Of a stretch of 64,000 nt of DNA, positions 9,960 to 18,615 are shown in pieces. The notes under the pieces are model-generated. The model saw only the letters and a program-made list of their open reading frames with translations, searched no databases and was not told where the DNA came from. The stretch spans positions 288,001 through 352,000 of the forward strand of contig CAXXQS010000001.1 in assembly GCA_963674735.2 (NCBI GenBank), read 5' to 3'. Each line of letters begins with the position of its first letter. Position 1 is the first letter of the stretch. Position numbers and translations under genes: made by a program. The stretch is from Myxococcota bacterium. GTDB lineage: Bacteria; Myxococcota_A; SURF-8.

Positions 9960-10400
9960 ATGCCTAGTTTTGTAATCACTGAGAAATGTGACGGGTGCAA
10001 AGGGCAAGATAAGACAGCTTGTATGTATATCTGCCCCAACGACCTAATGGTTCTGGACAAGGATCGCATGAAGGCGTACAACCGCGCGCCGGAAATGTGC
10101 TGGGAATGCGCTTGCTGCGTCAAGATCTGTCCCCAGCAGGCGATGGATCTGCGCGGCTATGCCGACTTCGTGCCCCTGGGCGCCTCCTGCGTCCCGATGC
10201 GCGGCTCGGATAGCATCATGTGGACCGTCAAGTTCCGCAATGGTATGGTGAAACGGTTCAAGTTCCCGATTCGCACCACCCCTGAAGGTTCGGCCAAACC
10301 GGCTGGCGATTTTGGTGATGGCGAAGGATCGTTGAACGACGAGACTCTGTTCTCCGAGCCGGCTTCCCTGGGCTGTGCTGTCCCCACCTTGAAAAAATAA
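9960..10400 (+). CDS. aprB: Adenylylsulfate (APS) reductase beta subunit
   Basis: MPSFVITEKCDGCKGQDKTACMYICPNDLM..CWEC..CVKICPQQA..RGYADFVP..IMWTVKFRNG..KRFKFPIRTTPEG. Confidence 0.98.
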   Translation: MPSFVITEKCDGCKGQDKTACMYICPNDLMVLDKDRMKAYNRAPEMCWECACCVKICPQQAMDLRGYADFVPLGASCVPMRGSDSIMWTVKFRNGMVKRFKFPIRTTPEGSAKPAGDFGDGEGSLNDETLFSEPASLGCAVPTLKK

Positions 10401-10424
10401 GTGATGGAAGGAGGAGGTGTTACC

Positions 10425-12338
10425 ATGGCTAACTTTGAAACTGTTGAAGTCACCACTGATCTTCTGATCGTGGGTGGTGGTATGGCTGCCTGTGGCGCGG
10501 CTGTTGAAGCGGCGTATTGGGCCAAGAAAAACAATCTGAAAGTCACGTTGGTTGACAAAGCGGCGATGGATCGTTCCGGCGCCGTCGCGATGGGTCTTTC
10601 GGCCATCAACCAGTACGTCGGTGTCGCCGCTGGCGATAACACCGTCGAAGATTACGTGCGTTATGTCCGCCGCGACCTGATGGGTGTCACCCGTGAGGAC
10701 TTGGTTTACAACATCGCGCGTCACGTCGATGGTACCGTGCATCTGTTCGAAAAATGGGGCCTCCCCATCTGGACGGACGAAGCCGGCAAATACGTGCATG
10801 AAGGCCGTTGGCAGGTCATGATCAACGGTGAATCCTACAAGATCATCGTTGCTGAAGCCGCCAAGAATGCCCTGGCCGAGGCCGGTGGCGAATATCTCGA
10901 GCGCGTGTTCATCGTTGAGCCGATCATGGACGGCGACCGTGTCGCCGGCGCCGTGGGCTTCAGCACCCGCGAAGAGAAATTCTATGTCTTCAAGGCGAAA
11001 GCCGTGATGTGCGCCCTCGGTGGTGCGGTTCACGTGTTCCGTCCCCGTAACGTCGGTGAAGGCTTCGGCCGTAGCTGGTATCCCCCGTTCAACTCGGGTT
11101 CCTCGGCTTATTTCACCATTAAAGCCGGTGCCGAAATGACCTGCCAGGAAGTGCGCTTCATTCCCGTGCGCTTCAAAGATGGTTATGGTCCGGTCGGTGC
11201 GTGGTTCCTGCTGTTCAAATCCGCCGCGACCAACGCGTTCGGCGAAAACTACATGCAGACCCATGCTGACGAACTGCAGAAATATGCCCCCTACGGTACC
11301 GGCAAGCCGATCCCGGCCTGCTTGCGTAACCACCTCGGCATGATCGATCTCTTCGCCGGTAAAGGCCCTCTGTACATGCAGACCGCCGAAGCCATTCAGC
11401 GCATCGCTGAAGGCGTGAAAGCCGAGCACGCTGCCGATCCGAAGGCCGCCGACAAGGCGTTCAAAAAGAAGATGAAGCATCTGGAAGAGGAAGCCTGGGA
11501 AGATTTCCTCGACATGACCATCAGCCAGGCGCTGCTGTGGGCCGCCACGAACACCGAGCCTGAGAAGGCCCCGTCCGAGATCGCCCCGTGCGAGCCTTAC
11601 TTCATCGGCTCCCACTCCGGCGCCTCCGGTGCCTGGGTTTCGGGTCCGAGCGACCTCGCCCCCGACGAGTACAACTGGGGCTACGCCAACATGACCACCG
11701 TGAAGGGCCTGTTCGCCGCCGGTGACGCCTCCGGCGCCAGCAGCCATAAGTTCTCTTCCGGTTCGCATGCTGAAGGCCGTATCGCTGCCAAGGCCGCGGT
11801 GAAGTTCATCCTCGAGAACAACACCCAGCCGAACGTCGACAGTGCTTTCGTTGACGCCGCCCGTGAAACCATCCTGAAACCGCTGGATCTGTATGCCGCG
11901 CATTCGGGTGAAACCACGGATCCGAACGTCAATCCGAATTACCTCATGCCGCGCCAGTTCATGGATCGCCTCCAGAAGATCATGGACGAGTACGCCGGTG
12001 GCGTGAGCATGCAGTTCACCACCAACCAGAATCTGCTGGAACGTGGTATGGAACTGATGGAATTCCTGAGCGAGGACTCCACCAAGATCGCCGCTTCCAA
12101 CCTGCATGACCTCATGCGTACCTGGGAGAACGTGCATCGTATGTGGCAGGCCGAAGCCCATCTCCGCACCCTGCTCTTCCGCGAAGAGACCCGTTGGCCG
12201 GGTTACTACTATCGCGGTGACAAAACCGAGATGGACGAAGAAAACTGGAAGTGCTTCGCCAACTGCAAATGGGATCCCGCTTCGGGCGAATGGACGATGA
12301 TGAAACGTGAAATCATCGGCATCGGCATCGAAGACTAA
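10425..12338 (+). CDS. aprA: Adenylylsulfate (APS) reductase alpha subunit
   Basis: GGGMAACG, RSGAVAMGLSAIN, WQVMINGESYK, RFKDGYGPVGAWF, EAWEDFLDM, HKFSSGSHAEGR, FREETRWPGYYYR; GGAGG RBS. Confidence 0.98.
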   Translation: MANFETVEVTTDLLIVGGGMAACGAAVEAAYWAKKNNLKVTLVDKAAMDRSGAVAMGLSAINQYVGVAAGDNTVEDYVRYVRRDLMGVTREDLVYNIARHVDGTVHLFEKWGLPIWTDEAGKYVHEGRWQVMINGESYKIIVAEAAKNALAEAGGEYLERVFIVEPIMDGDRVAGAVGFSTREEKFYVFKAKAVMCALGGAVHVFRPRNVGEGFGRSWYPPFNSGSSAYFTIKAGAEMTCQEVRFIPVRFKDGYGPVGAWFLLFKSAATNAFGENYMQTHADELQKYAPYGTGKPIPACLRNHLGMIDLFAGKGPLYMQTAEAIQRIAEGVKAEHAADPKAADKAFKKKMKHLEEEAWEDFLDMTISQALLWAATNTEPEKAPSEIAPCEPYFIGSHSGASGAWVSGPSDLAPDEYNWGYANMTTVKGLFAAGDASGASSHKFSSGSHAEGRIAAKAAVKFILENNTQPNVDSAFVDAARETILKPLDLYAAHSGETTDPNVNPNYLMPRQFMDRLQKIMDEYAGGVSMQFTTNQNLLERGMELMEFLSEDSTKIAASNLHDLMRTWENVHRMWQAEAHLRTLLFREETRWPGYYYRGDKTEMDEENWKCFANCKWDPASGEWTMMKREIIGIGIED

Positions 12339-12352
12339 GACCTGGTATTCCA

Positions 12353-12389
12353 AACCTCCAGGCGTCTTCGGGCGTCTGGAGGTTCTTTT
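12353..12389 (+). terminator. Rho-independent terminator after aprA
   Basis: aacctccaggcgtc-TTCG-ggcgtctggaggtt followed by T-rich tail. Confidence 0.8.
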
Positions 12390-12437
12390 GTTTACCCCAC
12401 TTCATCGCGACGTACGCAAACAAAATAAGGTATACTC

Positions 12438-13649
12438 ATGACGACCCCCGACCCCGCTCTGTGTCCCCACTGCCAACAGAAGATGAGCCGCTGGAAATCT
12501 CCCACGATTTCGTCCTGGGGCGGCAATTACCAATGGGTGTGCTTCAACGACGATTGCCCCTACTTCGTCAAGGGGTGGGACCATCTGCTGAATACCGCCA
12601 ATCAGCATGCCTCGTATCGTCATCGTTACGATCCCTCGACCGGCGAATCGGGGCCTCTGCCCGTGTGGTCGCATGATGCGTTGAAGGATCAGATTTTACC
12701 GGATACGGATGCCGAAGAACAGCCGCGCGGAGCGGTGGAATTCGGTGTCCGCAAGTCGCCCGTTTCGGCCGATGCCGCCGAGTCTGCTCCGACGTCCAAA
12801 GACGAACCGGAAGACAAGATGGATTCCGTCGAGCGTATGAAAGAAGACATTATCGAGAACTATACGCGGCTGACTCCCGAGGACAGCATCCAGTTCACCT
12901 GCAATGCCGGTGTTCCGTGCTTTACCCGCTGTTGCCGCGATATCAACATTTTTCTGACCTCCTACGACGTTCTGCGCCTGAAGCGCCGCCTCAATATCAC
13001 GTCGGAGGAATTTGTCAGCAAATACACACTGGCCCTGCCGGTCAATATCCGCCATCGCATTCCCATCATTGTTTTGCGTATGAGCGACAACGAAGAAAAA
13101 ACCTGTCCTTTCCTGGGCGAGGGTGGTTGTACGGTTTACGAAGACCGCCCTTGGGCCTGCCGCATGTACCCGCTGGGTGTGGCGTCGCAGAAAACGCAAG
13201 AGAATCCCGAGGGAGAGGAATTCTACTATCTCATCGAAGACAAGCATAAGTGCCAGGGGCACGGAGTCGGGACGCCCGTCAAAATCGCCGATTATATCGC
13301 CGATCAGGGTGTGGTCGAATATGAGGAAATGAACGTGCCGTTCAGAGACCTCACGCTCCACCCCTTCTTTACCAGTTCCGATCAATCCCTGCCGCCGCAT
13401 CAGGCGCAGATGTTTTTCATGGCCGCCTACAACATCGATATGTTCCGCCGCTTCCTCTTCAACAGCCGCTTCTTCGAGGTGATGGATGTGGAAGAGGGAC
13501 TTCAGGAACGGCTTGCCAGCGACGAGGACGAACTGTATCGGTTTGCGTTCCGTTGGATGCGCTACAGCTTGTTCAATGAAGGCGACATGAAAGTCAAGTC
13601 GGAATTGGTATCCCAACGCCGCAAGGAGTTGGACAAGGCCACGAAGTAA
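12438..13649 (+). CDS. Fusion: N-terminal Zn-ribbon module plus YkgJ/CxxCxxCC cysteine-cluster domain
   Basis: CPHC..WVCFNDDCPYFVKGW..SYRHRYDP, then a low-complexity linker, then FTCNAGVPCFTRCCRD..LTSYDVLRLK..CPFL..GCTVYEDRPWACRMYPLG. Confidence 0.8.
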   Translation: MTTPDPALCPHCQQKMSRWKSPTISSWGGNYQWVCFNDDCPYFVKGWDHLLNTANQHASYRHRYDPSTGESGPLPVWSHDALKDQILPDTDAEEQPRGAVEFGVRKSPVSADAAESAPTSKDEPEDKMDSVERMKEDIIENYTRLTPEDSIQFTCNAGVPCFTRCCRDINIFLTSYDVLRLKRRLNITSEEFVSKYTLALPVNIRHRIPIIVLRMSDNEEKTCPFLGEGGCTVYEDRPWACRMYPLGVASQKTQENPEGEEFYYLIEDKHKCQGHGVGTPVKIADYIADQGVVEYEEMNVPFRDLTLHPFFTSSDQSLPPHQAQMFFMAAYNIDMFRRFLFNSRFFEVMDVEEGLQERLASDEDELYRFAFRWMRYSLFNEGDMKVKSELVSQRRKELDKATK

Positions 13650-13753
13650 GTGCGGTTTTGTGACGGACCGCCCGGAATCGAGTGGAAGGCAAATCGGAAG
13701 CCGTTGGCAAGTGGTTTGCTGCAAATAGGATGTCATTCGCTAAGGAGTGATCT

Positions 13754-15010
13754 ATGACGGAGGAGAAACACAATAGTGTAATGGTCGTTGGTGGCGGCAT
13801 CGGCGGCATATCGACCGCGGTGGAAATCGCCGAGATGGGTTACGAAGTAATCCTGGTCGAGAAAGCGCCGTCGCTTGGGGGCCGCGTTGCGCGGTTGACG
13901 AAGTACTTCCCCAAAATGTGCCCCCCCTGGTGTGGACTGGAAATCAACTACCGCCGCATCAAGGAAAACAAGAAGATTCGCGTCTTCACCCTTGCCGAGG
14001 TTCAGAAAATCTCGGGCGCGCCGGGTAACCTGGAAGTTCAGGTCGCCCTCAAACCGCGCTATGTCAAGCCCCAGGCCGATCGATTCGAGAAGGCTATCGA
14101 GGCTTGCGAGGTGGAAGTGTCCAACGAATTCAACCTGGGCATGGACAAAACCAAGGCGATTCATTACTACCACGACATGGCTTATCCCCAGTTCCCGGTG
14201 GTCGAAGCCAAGGACGATCCGGGCGTGAAGGCGGCCATCGAGGCTTCCGGCTGCACCGCGTTCGACCTGGACGAAGAGCCGCAGGACATGACGTTCAAAG
14301 TCGGTGCGGTGGTGTGGGCCACCGGTTGGACCCCCTACGATGTCTCGCAGGTATCGTATTTGGGCTACCAGCGCTATCAGGACGTCATCCAGAATGTCCA
14401 GATGGAACGTCTTTGTTCCGTCAGCGGTCCCACCGAAGGCAAGCTGTTGCGCCCCTCCGATGGCCGTGAAGCCAAACGGGTGGCCTTCGTGCAATGCGCC
14501 GGTTCCCGCGATGCCAATTATCTCGGTTACTGCTCCAACGTCTGCTGCTCGGCTTCGATGAAGCAGGCGCTGTATGTGCGCGAGAAATACGAAGATGCCG
14601 AAGCCTGGATTTTCTACATCGATTTGCGCTCCGGTCGCTATGTCGATTTCCTGAAAAAGGTGACCGACGACGACAAGATCCACCTCATCAAAGGTAAAGC
14701 CGGTGCCGTGGCGCAGGACCCGGAGACGGGCGACGTGATCGTCACCGTCGAGGACGTGACCGAGGGCGTGACCAAAAAGTATGCGTTCGACATGGTCGTG
14801 TTGGCCTCCGGTATGGTGCCCGAAACCGCCGGGAACCCGATACCCGCCGAGGGCATCGAGTACGACAAGTACGGGTTCGTCACCTCGGACCCGGCCCAAA
14901 CCGGCATCTTCCCTTTGGGCTGCCTGCGTAAACCGAGTGACGTCTCCGTGACGGTGCAGGACGCGACAGGCATTTCGATCAAAGCGATTCATACTATCTT
15001 GGGTGGGTGA
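13754..15010 (+). CDS. qmoA: QmoA (HdrA-like flavoprotein)
   Basis: VVGGGIGG, YFPKMCPPWCGLEIN, FVQCAGSRD..YCSNVCC..SMKQA, FYIDLR; lies next to aprBA. Confidence 0.93.
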   Translation: MTEEKHNSVMVVGGGIGGISTAVEIAEMGYEVILVEKAPSLGGRVARLTKYFPKMCPPWCGLEINYRRIKENKKIRVFTLAEVQKISGAPGNLEVQVALKPRYVKPQADRFEKAIEACEVEVSNEFNLGMDKTKAIHYYHDMAYPQFPVVEAKDDPGVKAAIEASGCTAFDLDEEPQDMTFKVGAVVWATGWTPYDVSQVSYLGYQRYQDVIQNVQMERLCSVSGPTEGKLLRPSDGREAKRVAFVQCAGSRDANYLGYCSNVCCSASMKQALYVREKYEDAEAWIFYIDLRSGRYVDFLKKVTDDDKIHLIKGKAGAVAQDPETGDVIVTVEDVTEGVTKKYAFDMVVLASGMVPETAGNPIPAEGIEYDKYGFVTSDPAQTGIFPLGCLRKPSDVSVTVQDATGISIKAIHTILGG

Positions 15011-15014
15011 AGCC

Positions 15015-17186
15015 ATGGACCATAAAGTAGGATTTTACATTGACGGAGGCTGCGGCCTGGATGAGCGGTTGGAACTCAGCCGTCTCGAAAAGGTCGCTAC
15101 GAGTGAATACAAGGCGGTGGTTTGCAAACAGCTCGCCAACGCCTGCAGCCCCGAGGGTCAGGACGAAATCGGTAAAGACATCGCCGAAAACGATCTGAAC
15201 ACTATCGTGATCGCGGGTGTTTCGGCCCGTCATGCCTGTCCGTACCTCGATTTCCCCGAGTGCGTGGTTGAACGCGTCAATCTGCGCGAGCAGGTGGTGT
15301 GGACCCACGACCCCGAGTTCCTCGTGGAAGAGATGGAAGAGGACGAGGACGAAGTCGAAGAAAACATCAATATGATGGCCGAAGACTATGTCCGCATGGG
15401 CATCGTGCGCGCCACCATGAGCGATCTGCCTGAAGCTCACAAAATCGCTTCGCCGCGCCGCGTGCTGGTCATCGGCGGTGGCGTGTCGGGTATGAGCGCC
15501 GCGTTGAACGTGGCCAAGGCCGGTTTCGAAGCGGTGCTCGTCGAAAAGCAGGACGTACTGGGTGGCTGGGCGACCAAGCTGTTCCGCGATCTGCCCAAGC
15601 AGGCCCCCTTCGAGAATCTTCCCGAACCGCCGATCGGCGGCATGGTGGAAGAGGTGAACGGCCACGCCAACATCACCGTTTACACCGGTTGCGAAGTGTC
15701 CTCCGTTGCGGGCGCACCGGGTGAGTTTGCCGTGGAACTTTCCAACGGCGAAAAATTCGACGCGGGTTCGATCATTCTGGCGGTCGGCTGGAAGCCCTTC
15801 GATACGGCCAAGCTCGACCCGAAATACAAGTACGGCGAGAATCCGAACGTCGTGACCAGCCTCGAACTGGAAGCGATGATCAAGGAAAAAGGCAAGCTCG
15901 TGCGTCCCTCCGACGGCGGCGACGTGAGCACGGTGGCGTTTGTCACCAACGTCGATTTCACCGACGATGTGGACCAGTCGCCTTACCTGGCCAACGTACA
16001 CAGCATCGTGGCGCTGAAACAAGCCCATTATCTGCTGGAGCAGGCCCCGGAAGCGACGCCGTATCTCTTCCACGATCACGTGAAAGCGGCCGGTTTGTAC
16101 GAAGATCTGTACCGCTACATTCAGGACGAAGGCCTGGTGCTGGTGCGCGGTCCTTTGAGCGGTGTGGACGAAGGTGCGGAGAAACCGCTGTATCTGCAGG
16201 GTGAAGACACGCTGCTGGGTACACCGGTCGAGATGGAAGCCGACTTGGTCGTGTTGAGCCTGGGCATGGTCCCGGTGACGCAGGACGAGGAAGTGCTGCA
16301 TCTGCAATATCGTCAGGGTCCGGAACTGCCGGAGCTGGCTTACGGTTATCCGAACTCGCACTTTATCTGCTTCCCCTACGAAACGCGCCGTACCGGTATC
16401 TACGCTTGTGGTACCGTGCGCGAGCCGATGGAAGTGGGACGGGCCATCGACGATGCCGCCGGTGCTGCCTTGAAGGCCGTGCAGGCCATCGAGCTGGTCA
16501 CTCAGGGTGCGGGCCTGCATCCGCGCGTAGGCGATTTCAGCTTCCCCGAGATCAACTTCCAGCGTTGCACCCAGTGCAAGCGCTGCACCGAAGAATGTCC
16601 GTTCGGCGCTTACGACGAAGACGAGAAGGGCACCCCGAAACCCAACCCCTCGCGCTGCCGCCGCTGCGGTGTGTGCATGGGCGCCTGTCCCGAACGCGTC
16701 ATCAGCTTCAAGAATTACAGCGTGGGCATGATCGGTAACATGATCAAGTCTCTCGAAGTTCCGGACGAATTCGAGGAAAAACCGCGTATTCTGGTTCTGG
16801 CTTGCGAAAACGACGCCATGCCGGCATTGGACATGGCGGCGGTCAATCGCTTGAACTATAGTAGTTACGTGCGGGTGATCTCGCTACGCTGCCTCGGTTC
16901 GATCAACCTCGTGTGGGTGGCCGACGCGTTGGCGAAGGGCATCGACGGTATCATGTTGCTGGGCTGCAAGCATGGCGATGATTACCAGTGCCACTTCATC
17001 AAAGGTAGCGAGCTGGCCAACACGCGTATGGAGAAGGTGTCGGAAACGCTCGATCGTCTGATGCTGGAATCGGAGCGAATCCGCGTGGATGAGGTAAGTA
17101 TCACGGATTACAAGGATCTGCCCGGACGCATCAACGCGTTTGTGTCGGATATTTGCGAATTGGATCCGAATCCTTACAAGGAATAA
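15015..17186 (+). CDS. qmoB: QmoB (HdrA-like FAD domain, ferredoxin and MvhD domains)
   Basis: ERVNLREQVVW, VIGGGVSG, SHFICFPYETRRTGIY, CTQCKRCTEECPFG, CRRCGVCMGACPER, ACENDA..RCLGS..GCKHGDDYQCHF. Confidence 0.94.
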   Translation: MDHKVGFYIDGGCGLDERLELSRLEKVATSEYKAVVCKQLANACSPEGQDEIGKDIAENDLNTIVIAGVSARHACPYLDFPECVVERVNLREQVVWTHDPEFLVEEMEEDEDEVEENINMMAEDYVRMGIVRATMSDLPEAHKIASPRRVLVIGGGVSGMSAALNVAKAGFEAVLVEKQDVLGGWATKLFRDLPKQAPFENLPEPPIGGMVEEVNGHANITVYTGCEVSSVAGAPGEFAVELSNGEKFDAGSIILAVGWKPFDTAKLDPKYKYGENPNVVTSLELEAMIKEKGKLVRPSDGGDVSTVAFVTNVDFTDDVDQSPYLANVHSIVALKQAHYLLEQAPEATPYLFHDHVKAAGLYEDLYRYIQDEGLVLVRGPLSGVDEGAEKPLYLQGEDTLLGTPVEMEADLVVLSLGMVPVTQDEEVLHLQYRQGPELPELAYGYPNSHFICFPYETRRTGIYACGTVREPMEVGRAIDDAAGAALKAVQAIELVTQGAGLHPRVGDFSFPEINFQRCTQCKRCTEECPFGAYDEDEKGTPKPNPSRCRRCGVCMGACPERVISFKNYSVGMIGNMIKSLEVPDEFEEKPRILVLACENDAMPALDMAAVNRLNYSSYVRVISLRCLGSINLVWVADALAKGIDGIMLLGCKHGDDYQCHFIKGSELANTRMEKVSETLDRLMLESERIRVDEVSITDYKDLPGRINAFVSDICELDPNPYKE

Positions 17187-17240
17187 CCCAACGCGATTGC
17201 GGAACCGATCCGTGTGTTTCGCTCATTATAGGAGCATGGT

Positions 17241-18410
17241 ATGGAACCGAAAAATCCATTTCCCGAAGTAACCGAGGCGATTATCGGCTGTGGAGCCAAT
17301 ACGCTGAAGTCCTGCATGCAGTGCGGTATGTGTACGGCGGCCTGCCCCTGGCGGCTGGTCGAGGGTGAGATCTCGGAACAGTTCAACAACCGCAAGCTGC
17401 AGCATATGGGCCAGCTCGGTGTCGACGGCTTCGAGACGGAAAACATCCTGTATGCCTGCACCACCTGCGGTATTTGTGTCGATCGTTGCCCGCGTGAAGT
17501 GAATGCCATCACGAATACGCGCATCATGCGTGCCATGATCGCCGAAACCTCCGGTCTGCCCAAAAGCGTGCGTCCCGCCGCCGGTAGCTTGAGCGACAAC
17601 GGCAACCCCTGGCAGGGTCCGCGTGCGGAACGCACCAAATGGACCGAGGGGTTGGACATTCCGGCGTTTACCGAAGACACCGAATACTTCCTCTTCGTCT
17701 GCTGCACGAGCTGCTACGACAAGCGCAGCATGAAGATTGCGCGCGCCATCGGCAAGCTGCTCAAGGCGGCAGGCGTGAACTTCGGCATCATCGGCAACGA
17801 AGAGAACTGCTGTGGCGAGTCGATCCGCAAGGTCGGCGGCGAGGAAAACTTCCAAACCGTGGCCGCGGCGAATGTCGAGCTGTTCAACAGCAAGGGCGTG
17901 AAGAAGATCATCACCACGTCACCCCATTGCCTGTGGACCTTCAAAAACGAGTACCCGGAGCTGGGCGGCGAATACGAAGTGGTGCATTACACCGAGATTC
18001 TGTCCGACCTGGTGAAGGAAGGCAAGCTCACCTTCAAAAACGACCTGGGCAAGAAAGTGGCCTTCCACGATCCGTGCTACCTGGGCCGCCAGTCGAAGGT
18101 GTTCGATCCTCCCCGCGATTTGATGGAGAAGATCCCGGCCGCCGAGACGGCCGAACTGATGCGCTCGCGCACCGACAGCCTGTGCTGCGGCGGTGGCGGC
18201 GGTCGCGTGTGGATGGAGACGGAAGTCGGCGCGCGTTTCGGCGACCTGCGCATTTACGAGGCGCTGGACAAAGGCGCGAACGTGCTGGCCACCGGCTGTC
18301 CTTACTGCATCATCATGCTCGAAGCCTCCAACATGGCGTTGGGCAAGGATGAAGAGCTGGAGATCAAGGATCTGTCCGAGCTGCTCTGCGCGGCGGCCAT
18401 GGACGACTAA
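17241..18410 (+). CDS. HdrD-like Fe-S/CCG-domain oxidoreductase occupying the qmoC position
   Basis: CMQCGMCTAACP, CTTCGICVDRCPR, ENCCGE, FHDPCYLGR, LCCGGGGG, TGCPYC; no transmembrane cytochrome b segment. Confidence 0.88.
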   Translation: MEPKNPFPEVTEAIIGCGANTLKSCMQCGMCTAACPWRLVEGEISEQFNNRKLQHMGQLGVDGFETENILYACTTCGICVDRCPREVNAITNTRIMRAMIAETSGLPKSVRPAAGSLSDNGNPWQGPRAERTKWTEGLDIPAFTEDTEYFLFVCCTSCYDKRSMKIARAIGKLLKAAGVNFGIIGNEENCCGESIRKVGGEENFQTVAAANVELFNSKGVKKIITTSPHCLWTFKNEYPELGGEYEVVHYTEILSDLVKEGKLTFKNDLGKKVAFHDPCYLGRQSKVFDPPRDLMEKIPAAETAELMRSRTDSLCCGGGGGRVWMETEVGARFGDLRIYEALDKGANVLATGCPYCIIMLEASNMALGKDEELEIKDLSELLCAAAMDD

Positions 18411-18452
18411 GCGCGTCTGCGTCGGATCATCCGACGCTGTTTGAAACGAACG

Positions 18453-18481
18453 AACCCGCAGGTTACGGCCTGCGGGTTTTT
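18453..18481 (+). terminator. Terminator of the qmoAB-hdrD unit
   Basis: aacccgcagg/cctgcgggtt stem plus T run. Confidence 0.8.
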
Positions 18482-18557
18482 CGTTGGGGGGAGAAAACGG
18501 TTCCTGTTGGATTGTGCTTGCCGACCGTCTTCCCGGTTGTGACTTCGCAATATCTGT

Positions 18558-18587
18558 AAAAAAAACGGCCGGTCTTTCGACCGGCCG
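18558..18587 (-). terminator. Terminator of the minus-strand lipoprotein gene
   Basis: A8 followed by cggccggtc-tttc-gaccggccg. Confidence 0.8.
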
Positions 18588-18615
18588 CGCTTGTTTGTTC
18601 GGTTGTTTCGCGAGC

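Noticed and set aside
5617-16520. Long antisense ORFs over hcp, aprA, qmoA and qmoB (e.g. 10044-12353, 769 aa), and similar ones elsewhere
   Set aside because: They mirror strongly codon-biased GC-rich genes, have no recognisable motifs and overlap confident genes completely.
13754-18410. Selenocysteine recoding in the Hdr-like proteins
   Set aside because: No in-frame TGA; the ORFs are continuous and the catalytic positions are Cys.
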